A DNA stretch of 64,000 nt. Origin: a virus (lineage: Duplodnaviria > Caudoviricetes). Under the pieces are notes generated by a model that worked only from the letters and a program-made list of their open reading frames with translations, was not told the DNA's origin and made no database searches. The position numbers and the translations under genes are program-made. This document shows positions 30,720 to 40,349 of the stretch, piece by piece (the first letter of the stretch is position 1; each line of letters starts with the position of its first letter). Location: the IMG/VR virus record IMGVR_UViG_2912838376_000002, positions 128,001 to 192,000 of that record. One strand, written 5' to 3'.

Positions 30720-31067
30720 TTAAATATAATCAACATCGAAGGAGAAGACATTTGGCGTTTTATCAAGTTCGGATAAGTATCCACGATAATTCTTGTTATG
30801 TGCCTGTATGGTCTGATCCATGCTATTGATGGAATTTGATGTTGTGTTATTTAAGATTGCTCCGAACTCTTCGAATGTTGATGGTGCCATTAAATTACTA
30901 ACTACTGATGTAACTTCAGATGGCCAGAAGTTAGACTCTTGAACTACTTCAAAACTTTGCATAACCCTCATTGGTAAAGGTAGTAGGGGAGATACTTTAT
31001 CTTCTGAAGTGGTTTCAGTTTCAACAACAGATTCAGCTTGAACAGTTAAAACAACTGGTTCTTCCAT
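30720..31067 (-). CDS. acidic hypothetical protein in the ubiquitin-like operon
   Basis: 115-aa ORF, GAGG SD. Confidence 0.6.
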   Translation of the reverse strand: MEEPVVLTVQAESVVETETTSEDKVSPLLPLPMRVMQSFEVVQESNFWPSEVTSVVSNLMAPSTFEEFGAILNNTTSNSINSMDQTIQAHNKNYRGYLSELDKTPNVFSFDVDYI

Positions 31068-31207
31068 TCTGCAAACCTCTCAATCTATTAAATTCAAACA
31101 AAATATGAGGGAAACCAGTGTATTAAACTAGTTTCCCCTATAAAATAATTTATTTCATTTGTTTTTAGTGGATAGAAGGAAAAAATGTTAGTTTCCCCTT
31201 AAATCTA

Positions 31208-31957
31208 CTAAGCTACTTTAGCTAAACCAATAGTAAACTTACGGACAAACGGAACAACATTACCTTTAGTTCCGGCTTTTGCAGTGAAAGTAACAACGTT
31301 TCCTTCACGAGTAATAGTCGGATTCTTTAGCTCTGGGAAGTTTTCAATCATAGCTGCTTCCAGTGCTTTCATATCAGTATCTGCTGGTACATCTAGTTTA
31401 GTGTCCGCATAGATAACTTCTAACATATCAGAACCTTTAGTTCCTGCTTTTGCCGTGAATGTGATTGTGTTCCCTTCACGAGTTACCGTAGGGTTCTTTA
31501 ATTCAGGGAAGTTCTCGATCATTGCAGCTTCTAAAGCCTTCATGTCTGTATCCGCTGGAACTTCTAACTTCGTATCTGCATAGATAACATCTAGCATGTC
31601 AGCACCCTTAGTACCAGCTTTTGCTGTAAATGTTACTGTGTTCCCCTCACGAGTGATTGTTGGGTTTTTTAGTTCTGGAAAGTTCTCGATCATCGCTGCT
31701 TCTAATGCTTTCATGTCTGTGTTGGCTGGAACCTCCAATTTAGTATCTGCGTAAACTACATCTAACATTTCCATAGTATCTGCTCCTTTTGTACCTGCTT
31801 TAGCTGTAAAAGTAATCGTATTGCCTTCTCGCGTGATTGTTGGATTCTTCAATTCTGGAAAATTCTCAATCATCGCTGCTTCTAACGCCTTCATATCAGT
31901 GTCAGCTGGTACCTCTAATTTTGTATCTGCATAAATTACGTCTAACATGTTTGTCAT
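31208..31957 (-). CDS. polyubiquitin-like precursor: four tandem PRTRC-C-like Ubl units
   Basis: Four near-identical 55-aa units ML(D/E)V.YADTKL...FPELKNP...TFTAKAGTKG plus a 17-aa tail. Confidence 0.85.
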   Translation of the reverse strand: MTNMLDVIYADTKLEVPADTDMKALEAAMIENFPELKNPTITREGNTITFTAKAGTKGADTMEMLDVVYADTKLEVPANTDMKALEAAMIENFPELKNPTITREGNTVTFTAKAGTKGADMLDVIYADTKLEVPADTDMKALEAAMIENFPELKNPTVTREGNTITFTAKAGTKGSDMLEVIYADTKLDVPADTDMKALEAAMIENFPELKNPTITREGNVVTFTAKAGTKGNVVPFVRKFTIGLAKVA

Positions 31958-32127
31958 TTAATTACTCCTTCATCGAAACCATTAGTTTTGGTTTTTTCAA
32001 TAGTTTTTTTTGATTTTGATATTTTTTTTGGGATTTTTGTAATGAACTAGACTCTAACTTTTTATCCCGAAATCCACTAGAATCCACTAAAATAGGTCAA
32101 AAAAAAGAGACCGCTGATGCGGTGAGC

Positions 32128-32388
32128 TTATTCCCACCCAATCAAAACAGGTCCTTTGAAATCTACCACTCCACTTAATAACTCTAAGTGTGGTGTTGTA
32201 CATTGCGGACAAACACTAAAAATACCTTCATAGTCCGTATGCGATTGTGGCATACCCGCTACATTGGTGAACTCATCGATTAAAGCAAGTTCGGAACCAC
32301 ACATAATGCAGCTAGAAGTAGCTTTCGTTCCTTCACCTTTTAAATGTTTTTTATAGTCCATAGGTATCAACATCAGTTCGTAACTCAT
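32128..32388 (-). CDS. small Zn-ribbon protein
   Basis: CIMC...CPQC. Confidence 0.6.
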   Translation of the reverse strand: MSYELMLIPMDYKKHLKGEGTKATSSCIMCGSELALIDEFTNVAGMPQSHTDYEGIFSVCPQCTTPHLELLSGVVDFKGPVLIGWE

Positions 32389-32794
32389 TCAACTTATCCT
32401 CCCAACGATAAAGACCTGATACAGAATCCTTATTTGTTACTGGCTTTAGTTCTGCATAGATAGTTATCAATTCTTCCCCTTCTAGACATACGAGAAAATT
32501 TTTCTTTTCAACGTAGTAACCTCTAACGGAGATATATTCTTCTTTAAGTTTGGATGCAAATCCATTTTTATGACAATACAATGCAAAATAATGCTGTAAA
32601 CGATTTTTAAACTTTGGTGCATTCTCCAAGAACACTTTGTATTGTTCGTAGTTGCTGAATGATCCTTTACGTATCTTTATTGCATGTAATGTCGGATAAC
32701 TAACAAGGTTGTTGATTATATCCTCAACCATACTAGTCTTAGAAATGGTTTGAAAGATTTCAGTTGAGTCGAGTTTATTAGTAAGTTGTTGCAC
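32351..32794 (-). CDS. hypothetical protein
   Basis: 147-aa ORF, GGGAG SD, GTG start. Confidence 0.55.
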   Translation of the reverse strand: MQQLTNKLDSTEIFQTISKTSMVEDIINNLVSYPTLHAIKIRKGSFSNYEQYKVFLENAPKFKNRLQHYFALYCHKNGFASKLKEEYISVRGYYVEKKNFLVCLEGEELITIYAELKPVTNKDSVSGLYRWEDKLNELRTDVDTYGL

Positions 32795-32815
32795 AGGATC
32801 AACTCCCCTTTATGT

Positions 32816-33295
32816 TCAACTGGCTTCTTCATACTCGACTTGTGCTTCTGGTTTAGCGTACATCTTTAGTTGCTCTTGTTTTCTTACGTGTCGAGGAAGG
32901 AACATCTTCGCGCCGTTTAGACCATACGCAATCCTGTTCCAATCTGTCAAGATGGTTGTTTTGAGCAACTTTGGATTTTGAAGAATAACATTGTATGCTT
33001 CACGTAATGTTAAATCATCAAGCTCAATCCCTTGTTCTGTAAGGAAATCAATAGTGCTTCCACGTTGAGTTAATAAATCATCTAACCCATCGTCTGTTAA
33101 CGCTAACAAAGCTTTGAACTCAGTAAAAGTAAAACGATCGCGTACAATGTGTTTAATTGTTGCTATCAAATCATACTTTGCTAATTTTTCTGCAACCTTT
33201 TCTCCTTCTGCGCTGTTGATTGTGTAAATAGTGATATTAAGGTTTTCCAAAAATACTTCCTCCTGATGTTTGCTTAATGTAGGTAACATAAGCAC
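32816..33295 (-). CDS. Spx/MgsR-family protein lacking the CxxC motif
   Basis: LALTDDGLDDLLTQRG, NPKLLK, FLPRHVRK align with Spx LRMTEDGTDEIISTRS, HPGLLR, FLPRKVR. Confidence 0.75.
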   Translation of the reverse strand: MLMLPTLSKHQEEVFLENLNITIYTINSAEGEKVAEKLAKYDLIATIKHIVRDRFTFTEFKALLALTDDGLDDLLTQRGSTIDFLTEQGIELDDLTLREAYNVILQNPKLLKTTILTDWNRIAYGLNGAKMFLPRHVRKQEQLKMYAKPEAQVEYEEAS

Positions 33296-33378
33296 TTGAT
33301 TTGAAAAATGCTAGTAATTTTATCAAAAGCACCACCACCTTTCATAAGTATTTGCAAACATCAGGAAATGCAAAAAAA

Positions 33379-33398
33379 GTAGGGGCGTTAGCCCCTAC
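33379..33398 (-). terminator. CUAACG-loop hairpin with U-tract
   Basis: Identical 20-mer to 13673-13692. Confidence 0.7.
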
Positions 33399-33723
33399 CT
33401 GATTACGAAGAATCGTATCTCATTAAATTTTCCCACCTTTCAGATAAATGACATTATCGATATATTTCATTCATGTGACATATGAAAATATATCCTAATT
33501 TGTCGAATAAATAATACATTAACAATGTGAATATGCTTTTTTTGGCTAAAATGACATTTTTGTCATCAAAAAACCGAGGAAAATAATCACAAAAAAGGTT
33601 ATTGCAATCGCTTTTTATCCCTTGTATGATGAAATTAAGGAAAATCAACAGCATTAAATCAAATTTGTCAATACCCATTCGACAAATTTTACATAGATTA
33701 ACCTTAAAAACACAAAAAAAAAT

Positions 33724-33911
33724 AGGCCACGATGTTCGCGCATCGCAGCCTAGGACAAAAAACTAAAAAAACCAAGAACACATACAATTTCGTTTCGAGT
33801 CAAAATTGTAATGTAAAAAATAAAATTTCGATTTGTACTTATTGTATCATGAAAAACTATCATCTTCAATAGTACAAAATACGGTTCTTAACCTTTTTAG
33901 TCTTTTGTCCT
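33724..33911 (+). promoter_or_regulatory. structured repA leader (possible copy-number control)
   Basis: 18-bp inverted repeat 33752-33769 / 33894-33911 (1 mismatch) enclosing further stems; hairpin at 33725-33750. Confidence 0.5.
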
Positions 33912-33932
33912 TAGTAAACTATCAAACTACTA

Positions 33933-35030
33933 ATGGATCAGGAGGCTTTTTTCATGTCTAAAAAAAGAATCAACATAAAAGACGTAACAAACGAAGAGTT
34001 TTACAAATTACCTAAGGTGCTTATCTGGAAGAAACAATACCGCGAGAACTTAAGTAGCGGTGCTAAATTACTATACATGCTAGTAAGAGATCGATTCAAT
34101 TTATCTCTATACACAACGCAAATGTCAGTAGCTAATGGAAGTGAAGCTCCTGCTTTTGTAGATGACAAAGGAGACATCTACTGTATTTTAGATAATCAAG
34201 AAATTGAATTCTCATTAAACATATCAAACAAAACTGTTACTAAGTTCATGGACGAGCTTATAGCTGAAGAACTAGTATCGACAGAAGCAGTAGATGGTGG
34301 CGCTAACAGAATCTACTTGAATGAACCAGATTCTAGTGGAGCGTCGTTGGCGCATTTTCTAGGTGAAAAAGAATACTACAAACACGTTAAGATGCGTAAG
34401 AAAAAGAAGAAAGAACCATTAAAAACTCTAGAAGAGTGTATAGCTGCTGCTATGGATAAGTATGGTGTAAAAAAAGAGGGTAGTAAAAATTCCACCCCTG
34501 GGGACGGAGAAATTCCGGTACCTGGGGTAGGAGAAATTCCACCCCCTAGTGAAGGAGAAATTCCACCCCCAGGGGATGAAGATATTCCAGCCCTAGGGGA
34601 GGAAAAAATACACACTAGTAATCTTTATTCTAATTATCCTTACCCTAATGAGATTTATCCCAACGAGAAGGAACCCAACTTAAATAAGTCTTCTAAAGAA
34701 AATAGTGGAGATCCATTAGAAGACGAACAAGAAAACACTATCGTTTCTCGACGAACTAATTATGCCTTATTAGATTCTATTCTTGAACAAGTAGGAATAT
34801 GTCCAGATTTAAAAGCACTTAACGTTGTAAAGAAGACACTTGCAGAAGCTGAAATTGCATCATTCCACAAGGTAGATGTATTAAATGCCATAGGTAGACA
34901 TGCTATGAACGTTAAAAAGTATGAATCTCAAGGCGAAGTAATTGAATACGAACCTGCATTTTTCGCTAATAATCTAGTAGACCGTATTAGAGAAAATGCT
35001 GCTAAACGTCAAAAGAAAGTGATTAGCTAA
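33933..35030 (+). CDS. repA: RepA_N-family replication initiator
   Basis: FYKLPKVL...Y..LSSGAKLLY...DRF.LS...VDDKGDIY...NRIYL; likely start MSKKR (33954) after GGAGG. Confidence 0.85.
   Translation: MDQEAFFMSKKRINIKDVTNEEFYKLPKVLIWKKQYRENLSSGAKLLYMLVRDRFNLSLYTTQMSVANGSEAPAFVDDKGDIYCILDNQEIEFSLNISNKTVTKFMDELIAEELVSTEAVDGGANRIYLNEPDSSGASLAHFLGEKEYYKHVKMRKKKKKEPLKTLEECIAAAMDKYGVKKEGSKNSTPGDGEIPVPGVGEIPPPSEGEIPPPGDEDIPALGEEKIHTSNLYSNYPYPNEIYPNEKEPNLNKSSKENSGDPLEDEQENTIVSRRTNYALLDSILEQVGICPDLKALNVVKKTLAEAEIASFHKVDVLNAIGRHAMNVKKYESQGEVIEYEPAFFANNLVDRIRENAAKRQKKVIS
34485..34613 (+). repeat. about five 24-bp repeats inside repA: probable iterons/origin
   Basis: GGAGAAATTCCACCCCC.GGGG-type units encoding GEIPPPxx; RepA_N origins lie inside the rep gene. 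Confidence 0.75.
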
Positions 35031-35201
35031 CTGCACAAGGCTAGCTTGAAATAAAGCAGAAATTAGATTCCCCTAGAATAAATTAGAATGTAATAAAAAA
35101 TCATAAAATGTCGTGGAATTCTACTATATTTTGTTGGTAATGTGTGCTAAAATGAATCTCGAACACATATAATAATAGTTTTTCGAGAGGAGTTTCGATT
35201 T

Positions 35202-36143
35202 ATGACACAAAATTTAATTCTTGGAGTAGATGCAGGTCTAAACGCAGTTAAAATCGTTGGACCTAAAGGAGAAGGATCATTCCCTTCAATTACTATCCTT
35301 GAGCCACCAAAAATGATGAAATTCGGAAATGCATTAGGAATCCAAAACAGATTTGAGTTAACGATTAATGATGAAAGATATATTTTAGGAGACCATGCTA
35401 AGTTTATTGAAACATTCAATCCACTAGGCGTTGATAGCCATAGTAGCACTGGTTCTAAAAATGATGAAACTGCATTTATTCGCGCATTAGGTGGAATTTG
35501 CTTATACTTAGACAAATATGAGAAATTCGATGATGAAGATATTAATGTTTATCTAGCTTATGGAACACCACTAGTAAGCGCTTCTGAATCTGAAGAACTT
35601 GAAGAGATTGAGAAGAGATTTAAAAACAATGGTAACCCAATTGAAGTTGTATTCAATGACGTTCCTTTAAATATTCGCATTAAAGATATTATTGTATTGC
35701 CAGAAGGTGCTGCTGCATTCTTCTCAAATGAATTCACATCTCAAAATGTTTATGTTGTTGATGCTGGTTCACAAACTATCAATCTTGCAGCATTTGTTAA
35801 TGGTATTCTTGTACCAACAGCGGCAGATACTATACATAATGGCGTAGAATTCTACAAAAATATGTATGGTAATAGGACAGCTGAAATGATTGCGAAGAAA
35901 GTTAAAGGTTCAATCGAAGCTTTAAAATGGCCAAAAGGTTCAACACTTCATGTTTGTGGTGGGTATTCAGAACAATTAGCAGATGCATTCAATGAACTAA
36001 AAGACAACAACTACCAAATGGAAATCATGAAACCTGAGCTTGCATTATCAAGAAAGAGTAAGAGTCTAAAACCAATATACGCAAATGCGGCAGGACTATA
36101 CTTTATTGCTAAAGAAGCCTTCGCTCCTGCGGTAAAAGGGTGA
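35202..36143 (+). CDS. ParM/StbA actin-like segregation ATPase
   Basis: GVDAGLNAVK, LPEGAAA, VVDAGSQTIN, VCGG, ANAAG actin-fold motifs. Confidence 0.88.
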   Translation: MTQNLILGVDAGLNAVKIVGPKGEGSFPSITILEPPKMMKFGNALGIQNRFELTINDERYILGDHAKFIETFNPLGVDSHSSTGSKNDETAFIRALGGICLYLDKYEKFDDEDINVYLAYGTPLVSASESEELEEIEKRFKNNGNPIEVVFNDVPLNIRIKDIIVLPEGAAAFFSNEFTSQNVYVVDAGSQTINLAAFVNGILVPTAADTIHNGVEFYKNMYGNRTAEMIAKKVKGSIEALKWPKGSTLHVCGGYSEQLADAFNELKDNNYQMEIMKPELALSRKSKSLKPIYANAAGLYFIAKEAFAPAVKG

Positions 36144-36148
36144 TTTAA

Positions 36149-36676
36149 TTGGCTAGAAACGAAGGTACTAATAAGCCTAAAAAGAAAAAGCCGGCTAACC
36201 AACAACACAAAACGGTTTACTTCAATACTCTTAATGTGAATGATGCTAAGCTATATGATTATGCTCAGAGTGTTGGTGTTCGAAATTTTAGTGGATGGAT
36301 TAAAAGTCTAATGTATCAAGAGATGGTTAGACGTAATGGTTTGCCACCTAATCCATATGAATATATTTCTGCGACAGTTGAACCTGAAGTACAACAAGTA
36401 CAAACTATTCCAGTTCCAGTTAAACCTGTGAAAGTAGACAAAGTTCAGAACAACACTGAAGAAGTGAAAGTTTACGTAGGTGGAGAACAGGTAGAGGTAC
36501 AAGAAGTAAAACGAAGCGTTGAAGAACCTGAAGAAGTAGAAGAAGAGATCATTGAAGAAAAAAATGATGAGGTTCTAGAAGACACTGAAGAACAAGAGGA
36601 ACAGAAAGAAGCTCCTCAAAATAGTGCTCGTTCAGCAGCAGCATCTGCTATGCTAGGCATGTACAAACGACAATAA
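36149..36676 (+). CDS. putative ParR-like adaptor
   Basis: Follows ParM; N-terminal TVYFN...LYDYA...NFSGWIKSL RHH-like domain plus long acidic tail. Confidence 0.65.
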   Translation: MARNEGTNKPKKKKPANQQHKTVYFNTLNVNDAKLYDYAQSVGVRNFSGWIKSLMYQEMVRRNGLPPNPYEYISATVEPEVQQVQTIPVPVKPVKVDKVQNNTEEVKVYVGGEQVEVQEVKRSVEEPEEVEEEIIEEKNDEVLEDTEEQEEQKEAPQNSARSAAASAMLGMYKRQ

Positions 36677-36677
36677 T

Positions 36678-36714
36678 CAAAAGAAGTCTGGGAGAAATCC
36701 CAGGCTCTTTTTTT
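36678..36714 (+). terminator. terminator of the par operon
   Basis: CTGGGA-GAAA-TCCCAG hairpin followed by a T-run. Confidence 0.7.
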
Positions 36715-36818
36715 GTTACAAAACACTAGATTTCACTAGAAAACAGTGTATTCTAGGTTAATAAATTGTATCTTTTTGAAAGTAAAAAGGGAGGGGCGTA
36801 AAAAATACACCCCCTATA

Positions 36819-37286
36819 TCAACGCTCAAATTTAAGAGCTACATCCATAACAGATCGTTCCTCTGGAGTCATCTTCATTAGTCCACGCATTGCTAATTCT
36901 GGATTTGAACCATATAATTCATAAACCAACCTTTGGATTTTTGTGAAGTTGTTAATTGTATTTAACTTCATCTTACATTGGACAACCATAACGTATCTGG
37001 ATTCTTTATTTGTGACAACTTTATTACCTATTGTTAGTTCAGTATTCAAGCCATTTTCAAAAGAAGCTAATTGTTCGAATCCTAACAATCCGTTCTCAGC
37101 AAGAGCGTACATATCAACTTTGAAATTTTTCCCTGTACCAACTACTTCTTTTTCAATAAATCTTGAAATATCTTTAGTCATCGCTGTTATTTCTAATCCG
37201 TCTCTTAAAGACTCCATGAAGATTGCCACTTCGTTAGTTCCAGCCTGCATTTTTGTGTTTGTGTTTGTTTTTGTATTCATTTTCAT
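36819..37286 (-). CDS. hypothetical protein
   Basis: 155 aa, GAGGAGG SD. Confidence 0.6.
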   Translation of the reverse strand: MKMNTKTNTNTKMQAGTNEVAIFMESLRDGLEITAMTKDISRFIEKEVVGTGKNFKVDMYALAENGLLGFEQLASFENGLNTELTIGNKVVTNKESRYVMVVQCKMKLNTINNFTKIQRLVYELYGSNPELAMRGLMKMTPEERSVMDVALKFER

Positions 37287-37594
37287 TATTTTATTTCCTC
37301 CTCGTGTTGGGTGTATCTCATCATGGTGGGTAAAGATCTGTATGTTGTGAGTACGACATTATCAATATATCTAACTAAAAACTAATAAAAAAACGTGGAT
37401 TATAATGTAATCCAGTGTAAAAAAACAAAAAACAATAGAATCTACTAGTTTGATTGGATGATCAATATAATGATCCCGACTGGCTTGTTACCAGTTATAT
37501 ATATTGCTTTATATTACATATTCAATTGTAAGTGTACGAGTTTCATTACTACGTATAATAATAGATATATTATTAGTATTATTTTTTTATATTA

Positions 37595-37903
37595 TTAGCC
37601 AATAAGTGCAAACAGTTCATTGCTTAAAGAAGTTAGTTTATTATATTCACCAATTACAGCATCTTCAATTATTCTTCTAGCTTCCGCATTAACAGGATTA
37701 GCTAAATCTTTGAATCTACCATCTCCCATTTTTTTAGAAGGCATTGCAACCATTAGCTTACCACTTCTGTTTTCTACAATCCTGATATCATTCAGAGCTA
37801 ACATACCATTTACTACAATATTACAAATCGCTTTCATGCCATTACCATCTTTAATTTTCATTTTTACATCTGTAACAATTAATCCATATTCCATTATTAA
37901 CAT
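37595..37903 (-). CDS. spoVG: SpoVG-family nucleic-acid-binding protein
   Basis: VTDVK...MKAICNIV...LNDIRIVE...LMVAMPSKK..DG.FKDLANPVN.EAR. Confidence 0.85.
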   Translation of the reverse strand: MLIMEYGLIVTDVKMKIKDGNGMKAICNIVVNGMLALNDIRIVENRSGKLMVAMPSKKMGDGRFKDLANPVNAEARRIIEDAVIGEYNKLTSLSNELFALIG

Positions 37904-38074
37904 CTCCTTTTAAATTATCTCTCTGTATATTAAAAGTCTCAAGTTTGTGTATTTCATCCACATTTTGTCCTTTTTCTATGTTTATGCCCTAATTTTTATG
38001 TATGAGTGATAACAAAAAAAGACCACCTTTCCCCTAGGTGATCTTCTCCTTTACTGCATCAACTCCATCGTTTA

Positions 38075-38776
38075 TTATAATTGCTTTTTTATTGAATCAG
38101 ATAATACTTGTACTTTGATATCTTGTGCTAATTCTGATGCTTGTGTAGCAGCTTGTTCTACTAATTGCTCTGTTTTTTCTACTGAAGTTGCTTCAACACC
38201 AGCATTTACGCCACTACGTAGTTCTTCAATAATCTGACCTAATGGTCGAGGCGTTGCTTCAGTTGGTTGAGGAATATCAACTACACCTTCAGACGCAGCA
38301 GGTACAACCACAGCAATGTTATTTTTATCAGCAATTTGTTTTGCAATTTGTTCAGTAAGATTTACTGGTGTTTCTATTGCAACTGTTTTTACTCCATCGA
38401 TTTGGTTCTTTATATTTTCAGCTAAAGATGGAGCAGGGGAGGCGATTACCACTACCGGTGCTTCTTCATCACTGTTTTCTTGATTAGCTCGTTGAATTTG
38501 AGAAGCAATGCTTGTGGATAAGACTGTAGCTTCTGCTGCTAGTTCAGAAGTAAGTTCATCACGAACATCGCGCCCTTCATATTCTTCTTGTTCTTCTTCA
38601 TCATGATCTTCGAATTCATCATCATGTTCTTCATCACATATTTCTTCAATACGTCCATTGATTAATGCGAAGATATCATCGAACTTATCTTCAATATAGT
38701 TAGCGATATCGTTTTTGATATCACCAATCTTTTCTTTTAATTCCTCTAATTGCTCTTTTTCAGTTAGTTCTACCAT
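38075..38776 (-). CDS. acidic low-complexity protein with repeated LxxxIxxQ motifs
   Basis: 233 aa, GGAGGG SD. Confidence 0.65.
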   Translation of the reverse strand: MVELTEKEQLEELKEKIGDIKNDIANYIEDKFDDIFALINGRIEEICDEEHDDEFEDHDEEEQEEYEGRDVRDELTSELAAEATVLSTSIASQIQRANQENSDEEAPVVVIASPAPSLAENIKNQIDGVKTVAIETPVNLTEQIAKQIADKNNIAVVVPAASEGVVDIPQPTEATPRPLGQIIEELRSGVNAGVEATSVEKTEQLVEQAATQASELAQDIKVQVLSDSIKKQL

Positions 38777-39102
38777 TAATAATCCCTCCGGAAGTGTAAT
38801 TTTAGCTTTTCAAACATAACGGTTTGAGTGCAAAAGTCAATACAAGTTGACTAATAAGTACTCTATGAAAAAAATAATATTGTTTTACAAGAAACTTAGA
38901 TTCGACATATAACAGAACAGATGTCTCCTCCCCAGAACAATAAGTCTAGGACACATTCCTAAGATAATTTAAGAATTGTCGTAACATGGTGACAGGTTTA
39001 GTTTTCTGCAAACGCAATTACTATTTAAATAAAACGATAGCAATAGAAATTGAGTTCATAGAAAACAAAAAAGGTAGGGGCGATAGCCCCTACATGAGTT
39101 AA

Positions 39103-39849
39103 TTATTTTTGATTCTGATTGCCTTTGTTTCCTTGGTTACCATGATTACCATTGTTGCCATGATTTCCTTGATTCCCTTTGCTAGAACCTTCTTCAACAT
39201 TAGGGATAGTAGTATCTACTTTAGAAACATCAGCAGGTTTTTGTTTGTCTAAGTGCTTAGCTGTTTCTACTGCTGCAGGTACAATTTTATCATACTCAGC
39301 ATTTGCTTTGTCTAGTTCAGATTGTAATTTAGCTTTTTCACCTTTTAATACTTCTTTATCTGCATTTGCAGTCTTAAGAAGAGTAGTAGTTGTATCTAAT
39401 TCAGCAATTTTGTTATTTAATGCGTCGATCTTTTCAGCAAGTGCTTGTTTAGTTGTTTGAAGTTCACCTTTTGTATTAGCAAGTTCAGCTTCATTAGAGT
39501 TCAATTCAGCATTAACTGCTTCTAAATCTTTAGTTAGTTTTGCAACTTGTCCTTCAATTGCAGCTTTTTGTTCTTCTAAGTTTTTAATGTCTGCATTTCT
39601 TTCAGAGATTACATCGTTTGCATGATTAATTTTGTCTGATGCAGCAAACTTAAGACCTTCAATTTTATCAAGTAAGTAATTTTCGTTACTTTCATACGTA
39701 TCAACTTTTTCAACAAGTGATGATAGGGCAGGTAATACATATTTAGATACACCAGTTCCTTTGTAATAACCAAGTGAGCTTGCAACTGCTCCGATTGCTC
39801 CTACAGATAATGCTCCAACCATTGTGAATGCTACGATTTTCTTTTTCAT
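39103..39849 (-). CDS. secreted/surface coiled-coil protein with GNxG tail repeats
   Basis: Signal peptide MKKKIVAF..., long heptad region, GNQGNHGNNGNHGNQGNKGNQ; GGAGG SD before 39849. Confidence 0.7.
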   Translation of the reverse strand: MKKKIVAFTMVGALSVGAIGAVASSLGYYKGTGVSKYVLPALSSLVEKVDTYESNENYLLDKIEGLKFAASDKINHANDVISERNADIKNLEEQKAAIEGQVAKLTKDLEAVNAELNSNEAELANTKGELQTTKQALAEKIDALNNKIAELDTTTTLLKTANADKEVLKGEKAKLQSELDKANAEYDKIVPAAVETAKHLDKQKPADVSKVDTTIPNVEEGSSKGNQGNHGNNGNHGNQGNKGNQNQK

Positions 39850-40127
39850 AATAAAATTCCTCCAATAATATAAGTTTAGTTTTGTAATGTAAAAAACCAC
39901 GAACCTATTTGGCCGTGGTTTAATATATTCATTAGAATATTAGTTTTCAATAGATAAAAATTAGCAATAAGCCCCAGATCTTACTTTCTTTTTCTTAGAA
40001 GGTAGTCCATCCGTTTTTCTAGGCTTATTTTTATTTGTTGGTTCACCTACACGCTTTTTCTTTTTCATATGTATCCCCCTAGTTTTCTTTACTAAGAGTA
40101 TATGAGAATGTGTCCCAGGATATGTTC

Positions 40128-40349
40128 CTAATGTAAAGAAACCAATCGCATATTGCTAGAATACTTACGAATGAATTCGTCTAGCTCGCCCAGACTTTTG
40201 AAAACTTCATTGTATTCAAAGCCATTGTCGATATTTTCAAGTTTAATATGAAGAAAGTCATTTGTTACTTTGTAGACCAACTTTCCAAGGATACCAGTGT
40301 CAACTACAACTAAGTCTCCAAGTGCAACATGTTCACTATGGATCACCAC
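40128..40349 (-). CDS. hypothetical protein
   Basis: 73 aa, GAGGTG SD. Confidence 0.5.
   Translation of the reverse strand: MVIHSEHVALGDLVVVDTGILGKLVYKVTNDFLHIKLENIDNGFEYNEVFKSLGELDEFIRKYSSNMRLVSLH

Noticed and set aside
31208-31957. Assembly artefact or recent tandem duplication explaining the four repeats
   Set aside because: Units differ at many synonymous positions and have different linkers
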